Below are positions 60,502 to 64,000 of a stretch of DNA of 64,000 bases, piece after piece; positions within the stretch are counted from its first letter, which is position 1, and each line of letters starts with the position of its first letter. The position numbers were made by a program, and so were the translations under genes. Below the pieces are notes generated by a model, which saw only the letters and a program-made list of their open reading frames with translations, was not told the origin of the DNA and did not search any database. This DNA comes from Fibrobacteria bacterium (GTDB lineage: Bacteria > Fibrobacterota > Fibrobacteria > UBA11236): positions 1 through 64,000 of the forward strand of contig JBGTHM010000039.1 in assembly GCA_041746255.1 (NCBI GenBank). The letters are read 5' to 3'.

Positions 60502-61305
60502 TCATGTGAGTATTTCCCAAATTAGAACGGCCAATCCGAAGAAAAACAGAAACACACCGAAATAGAGCTGCAGCCTCTTTCCGGAAATCATGCGGCATAG
60601 CCGGGACCCCAAAGCCACGCCCAAGGCCGAAAGGGTCGTGAAAAGGAGGAGAAAACTCCAATCCATTTCGGGTAGCACGCTAAGATCGCCTGCGAATCCC
60701 ACCAACGATTTCGCGGCAATGATGGCCAGCGAGGTTCCCACGGCTTTTTCCATTGTGAGCCCGGTGAAAAGCACCAAGGCGGGCACAATGAGAAATCCGC
60801 CTCCGGCACCGAGAAATCCAGTCACGGCTCCGATGAAGAGTCCTTCGGCCATGATCAGGGAATAACGCGTCGCGGGCTTGGGCGGAAGTCCTGGAACGGG
60901 GGGCGGACGCCTAGCGTCCCGGATGAGGGAAACCGCCGCGGCCACCATCATTATGGCGAAGGCCAGCATTATCAAATCGTCTTTGGTCAGAAAATAATTT
61001 TGCGATTGCCAAATCATGTCGGGAAGATCGTGGATAACGTATTTTCGTACTACGAAAACTCCCACCAAAGAGGGAAGGGAAAATAATAAGGCGGTGCGGG
61101 AGTCAAGGCGGCCATGCCGGAATTGATAAACCGCACCGAAAAGACCGGTTATGCCTACGATGAACAGCGAATACGAGGTTGCCAGGAGCGGGGTAATTCC
61201 CAGCGCATAGACGAAAACCGGAACCGTAAGAATGGAGCCGCCGCTTCCCGTCATCCCCATCACGAGTCCGATTATCAAGGCTGCGACAATCGTTGATACT
61301 TCCAC
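60502..61305 (-). CDS. Sulfite exporter TauE/SafE family protein
   Basis: G.GGSILTVP, GAGGGFLIVPAL, AVGTSL. Confidence 0.92.
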   Translation of the reverse strand: MEVSTIVAALIIGLVMGMTGSGGSILTVPVFVYALGITPLLATSYSLFIVGITGLFGAVYQFRHGRLDSRTALLFSLPSLVGVFVVRKYVIHDLPDMIWQSQNYFLTKDDLIMLAFAIMMVAAAVSLIRDARRPPPVPGLPPKPATRYSLIMAEGLFIGAVTGFLGAGGGFLIVPALVLFTGLTMEKAVGTSLAIIAAKSLVGFAGDLSVLPEMDWSFLLLFTTLSALGVALGSRLCRMISGKRLQLYFGVFLFFFGLAVLIWEILT

Positions 61306-61363
61306 TTCCCTTACTCACTTCTTTCTGGACGCGTAAAAACGGCACCAACGTTCACTAGAAATA

Positions 61364-61393
61364 TACATTAGAATATAATAATAAACTAATATA
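61364..61393. promoter_or_regulatory. AT-rich imperfect palindrome, candidate ArsR operator
   Basis: TACATTAG-N14-CTAATATA between the ArsR gene and tauE. Confidence 0.4.
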
Positions 61394-61414
61394 AAGGCCC
61401 GGGTTTAGGGATGA

Positions 61415-61714
61415 TTAACAATACAGGTCTTGGAGGGCTGAAACGAATTTGAGGACTTGGGTGTTGCTGACCCGATAGAAAATCTGGTTGGCCTCGCGTC
61501 GGGTTTCCAGCAAACCCTGTCGTTTTAAAATGGCCAAGTGCTGGGACAGGTTGCTTTGGCTGATTCCTAACAGTTTTTCCAGCTCTCCCACCGATTTCTC
61601 GCCCTTACCTATAAAGCAAATGGCCAACAACCGGGTTTGATGCGCCAAGGCCTTGAGGCCGTCCGCGGCTTTTTCCGCCCTGGGGATAAGTTGATCGAGA
61701 GATTTGGTGGCCAT
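61415..61714 (-). CDS. ArsR/SmtB regulator, BigR/SqrR-like persulfide sensor
   Basis: LKALAH..RL.AIC, SVGEL, SQSNLSQHL, C-terminal LYC (two-Cys pattern). GAAGG RBS before ATG 61714. Confidence 0.88.
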   Translation of the reverse strand: MATKSLDQLIPRAEKAADGLKALAHQTRLLAICFIGKGEKSVGELEKLLGISQSNLSQHLAILKRQGLLETRREANQIFYRVSNTQVLKFVSALQDLYC

Positions 61715-61829
61715 GCCTTCAATATAGATAGTGGAATACGACCCTGTCGGCACGTCGGTGCCAAAATGACAGCAATTGCCGCATGGGTCCGGGGAGGTGG
61801 AAGCGATGAATCTGTAATATGTTATACCC

Positions 61830-62942
61830 GTGCAACCTGGAACCGCCTTTTCCCTGAATTCCCTGATCGAAAAAGCCGTTTTCCAAACGGAGTACGCCAT
61901 CAATTTGACCAATATTTCGGGCGAATTGTTGATGGTGAATCGGGCTTATCTTCAATTGTACAAATTCGATTCCGAAGCGGAGATCATCGGAAAAAAGCAG
62001 AACATCATCAAATCTCCACAGACATCCGCTACGGTTTACCGGAATATGTGGGAGACCATCATGTCGGGCGCAGTTTGGAAGGGCGAGCTTACGAATCGAG
62101 CCCATGATGGAAGCGATGTCTTCATTCATCTCACCATTTCACCCGTAATTGAGGATGGCCAAATCATCGCCTTCATGGGTTTGTCGCTGGATCGTCGCCA
62201 GCAAATCATCCTGGAGAGGCAACTTTTCCAGGCCAACAAGCTTGTGCTTTTACATGAATTGGGAACTGGTCTGGCCCATGAATTGAACAATCCTTTGACG
62301 AGCCTTCTGCTGGAAACGGATTATCTCACGGAGGAAATGGGAAATGCTTCAAGCGAGCAGCGGGAAAGTCATATGCGGCAAGCGGTTGCGAATATCCAAT
62401 CTGGGGTAAAACGCATCAAAAAAATGACCGGGCAATTGCTGGAATATTCCAACTCCAATAATTCCCACGACTTGGAAATCGTGGGAATTGCCGAGGTGAT
62501 CCAGGATAGCCGGCTGCTTTTAGACGGACGGTTGGATTCGGCGAAGATTAGCGTAGAAACCACCGTGGATTCCGCGCTGGAAGTCTGCGCGAGCCGGGTT
62601 CACCTGCGTTCGGTATTCCAAGGCCTATTCACCAATTCGCTGGATGCTTTTTTGGGATCATCCGTGGAGGAAAAAAGGATTCGAATCTCAGCCAAAGCCC
62701 TGGATAATGGTTGCCTGGAAATCCATTTCCAGGATAATGCGGGGGGTATGCCGGAAGCGGTGGCCTTGCAGGTTTTCGATCCCTTTTTCACTACTCGAAA
62801 AGACCGGAACCATTCGGGATTGGGCCTTACCTTGGCCCGCAAAATCATAGGCGATCATGGAGGTAAAATCACCGCGCTTTCCAGCGATGGTTGGACCACC
62901 ATGCACATAGACTTGCCCCAATCGGTTTCCCATAAGCCCTAG
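61830..62942 (+). CDS. Cytoplasmic PAS-domain sensor histidine kinase (paralogue of 53367-54503)
   Basis: EYAINLT, Y.NMWETI..G..W.GE, AHELNNPL, DNAGG, FDPFFTT, GLGL. Confidence 0.92.
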   Translation: MQPGTAFSLNSLIEKAVFQTEYAINLTNISGELLMVNRAYLQLYKFDSEAEIIGKKQNIIKSPQTSATVYRNMWETIMSGAVWKGELTNRAHDGSDVFIHLTISPVIEDGQIIAFMGLSLDRRQQIILERQLFQANKLVLLHELGTGLAHELNNPLTSLLLETDYLTEEMGNASSEQRESHMRQAVANIQSGVKRIKKMTGQLLEYSNSNNSHDLEIVGIAEVIQDSRLLLDGRLDSAKISVETTVDSALEVCASRVHLRSVFQGLFTNSLDAFLGSSVEEKRIRISAKALDNGCLEIHFQDNAGGMPEAVALQVFDPFFTTRKDRNHSGLGLTLARKIIGDHGGKITALSSDGWTTMHIDLPQSVSHKP

Positions 62943-62976
62943 TCATCAGACGGGGTCGGTGATAGCGGCGCTTCCT

Positions 62977-63107
62977 TGTTTTACTGGCAGAATCGCGTGT
63001 CAATTCGACAACGCTTCGGATCATCCTGGTCCAATTCCGGCGACGTGCTGAGAAATATTCGGTTATCGCGGGATTCCATCCCTCAAAATCAGGTACGGTT
63101 GTTGCTT
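62977..63107 (+). promoter_or_regulatory. Paired enhancer-like sites plus putative sigma54 promoter
   Basis: TGTTTTACTGGCA (62977) and TGTCAATTCGACA (62998), 21 bp apart. AGGTACGGTTGTTGCTT (63091-63107), GG-N10-GC. Confidence 0.5.
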
Positions 63108-63112
63108 ACCTG

Positions 63113-63448
63113 ATGTCTATGACTATCCCCGATAACCTCCCACCTTGCGGCGGATCGCATAAATTTCCTTCTCCCGGAATCCATATCCTCGAAGACACGA
63201 TGGGATGGCAGGTGGATATAGCCTGGAAGGGTTTCATCCTGGAAGATTTCACAGTTGAGGTTTCGGAAGATTCGATTGGTTTGCGTGGACGCATTTGCGT
63301 GGCGCGAAAGCCGGAATCCAATCCGCGTGACCCTGATTGGAAGGGGAGTTTTTACCGCAAACTGGGTTTAAACGGAAGGCCCGATAAAGCCACCGTCCGC
63401 ATTGAGGCCCAAGAAAACAGCTATCGTATTTTCATTGCGAGAGCTTAA
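63113..63448 (+). CDS. Small protein, divergent Hsp20/alpha-crystallin-like
   Basis: I.ED..G..V.I...GF..ED..VEV....I.LRG ... GSFYRKL.L pattern. Start 63113 or 63119. Confidence 0.55.
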   Translation: MSMTIPDNLPPCGGSHKFPSPGIHILEDTMGWQVDIAWKGFILEDFTVEVSEDSIGLRGRICVARKPESNPRDPDWKGSFYRKLGLNGRPDKATVRIEAQENSYRIFIARA

Positions 63449-63467
63449 GCATCGCGTCGGGTGCGTC

Positions 63468-64000
63468 CTAGGCTACCAAACGCGCCCGTATCACCTTGAA
63501 GATTTCCATTACCGCGATAATGCCCAGAGACAGGCCCAGCACATAAAGCCACTCATTGAAAGCGATGGGTTCGATCCGCAGCACATTCTGCATGAAGGGA
63601 ATGTGCATGGATGCGATATGCAATAGCTGTGCGGCTACCACCGCCACCGGCAGAAAGATATTCCGTTTAAAGGGGATACGAAAAATGGAAAGGGTTTCGG
63701 AACGGCAGTTGAAGACATGCGCATTTTCCAGCAGAACCATGAAAAGCAAAAGTATATTGCGTGCGGACGACTCGTCCATCCCCACAACATTGAGAAGGTA
63801 ATACCAGAGCAGCGAAGCCGTGGCGCCCATGACGAGGCCGGACAGGGCGACTTGCTGGATCATAAGCGAGTTGAAAATACCTTCGCTGGGACGACGGGGC
63901 GGTCGTTGCATGGCGCCGGGTTCGCCTCCCTCAAAGGCCAGCGCCACATGCTGTATGCCGTTGGTAACCAAATTGAGCCACAGCAATTGCACGGCGAAAA
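63468..64000 (-). CDS. Cation-transporting P-type ATPase, type IIA-like (C-terminal part, runs off right edge)
   Basis: QLLWLNLVTNG, ALAFE.GEP..M.RPPR, HVFNCRSE. Confidence 0.92.
   Translation of the reverse strand, partial: FAVQLLWLNLVTNGIQHVALAFEGGEPGAMQRPPRRPSEGIFNSLMIQQVALSGLVMGATASLLWYYLLNVVGMDESSARNILLLFMVLLENAHVFNCRSETLSIFRIPFKRNIFLPVAVVAAQLLHIASMHIPFMQNVLRIEPIAFNEWLYVLGLSLGIIAVMEIFKVIRARLVA

Noticed and set aside
58137..61714. Sulfur cassette as a novel system
   Set aside because: BigR/SqrR + TauE + dioxygenase-rhodanese + YeeE/YedE is a well-described persulfide detoxification arrangement.

Overview
Bacterial chromosomal window, GC-rich and gene-dense. A Gram-negative lineage such as Fibrobacterota is suggested by lipoprotein and secreted-protein style (inference only). 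Left to right it holds: a partial KaiC-like ATPase; modABC-modE with a clear ModE box; a secreted M12-type metalloprotease and a truncated hydrolase splitting the molybdenum cluster; moeA-mobA-moaD-moaE and a NarM-like gene; murA, an orphan parA, an S8 protease and an acyltransferase; an orphan Bet annealase with a long C-terminal extension; a 7-repeat lipoprotein; tRNA-Ser(CGA); glgX; a four-gene signalling operon; DAHP synthase; a glycosidase / sugar ABC / trehalose-phosphate module; and a sigma54 response regulator with two paralogous PAS kinases around ldhA, ppsA and a persulfide-detoxification cassette. The best candidate for an undescribed system is the signalling operon at 30.5-37.5 kb. 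It combines an ECF sigma factor with no anti-sigma, an unknown protein, a soluble pseudokinase-ATPase-GAF protein ending in a LytS-type kinase, and a LytTR regulator, all preceded by AlgR-like direct repeats at 21-bp period. Other notable points are a TPS-TPP fusion with an altered HAD motif facing a nematode-type (GOB-1-like) phosphatase, a recurring TGnCAnnnTGnCA motif with sigma54-type promoters, a 164-bp nested palindrome, and a small YjfB-like gene missed by the ORF track. No CRISPR array, rRNA, transposase or integrase was seen. All family calls come from motif recognition by eye, not from database searches.
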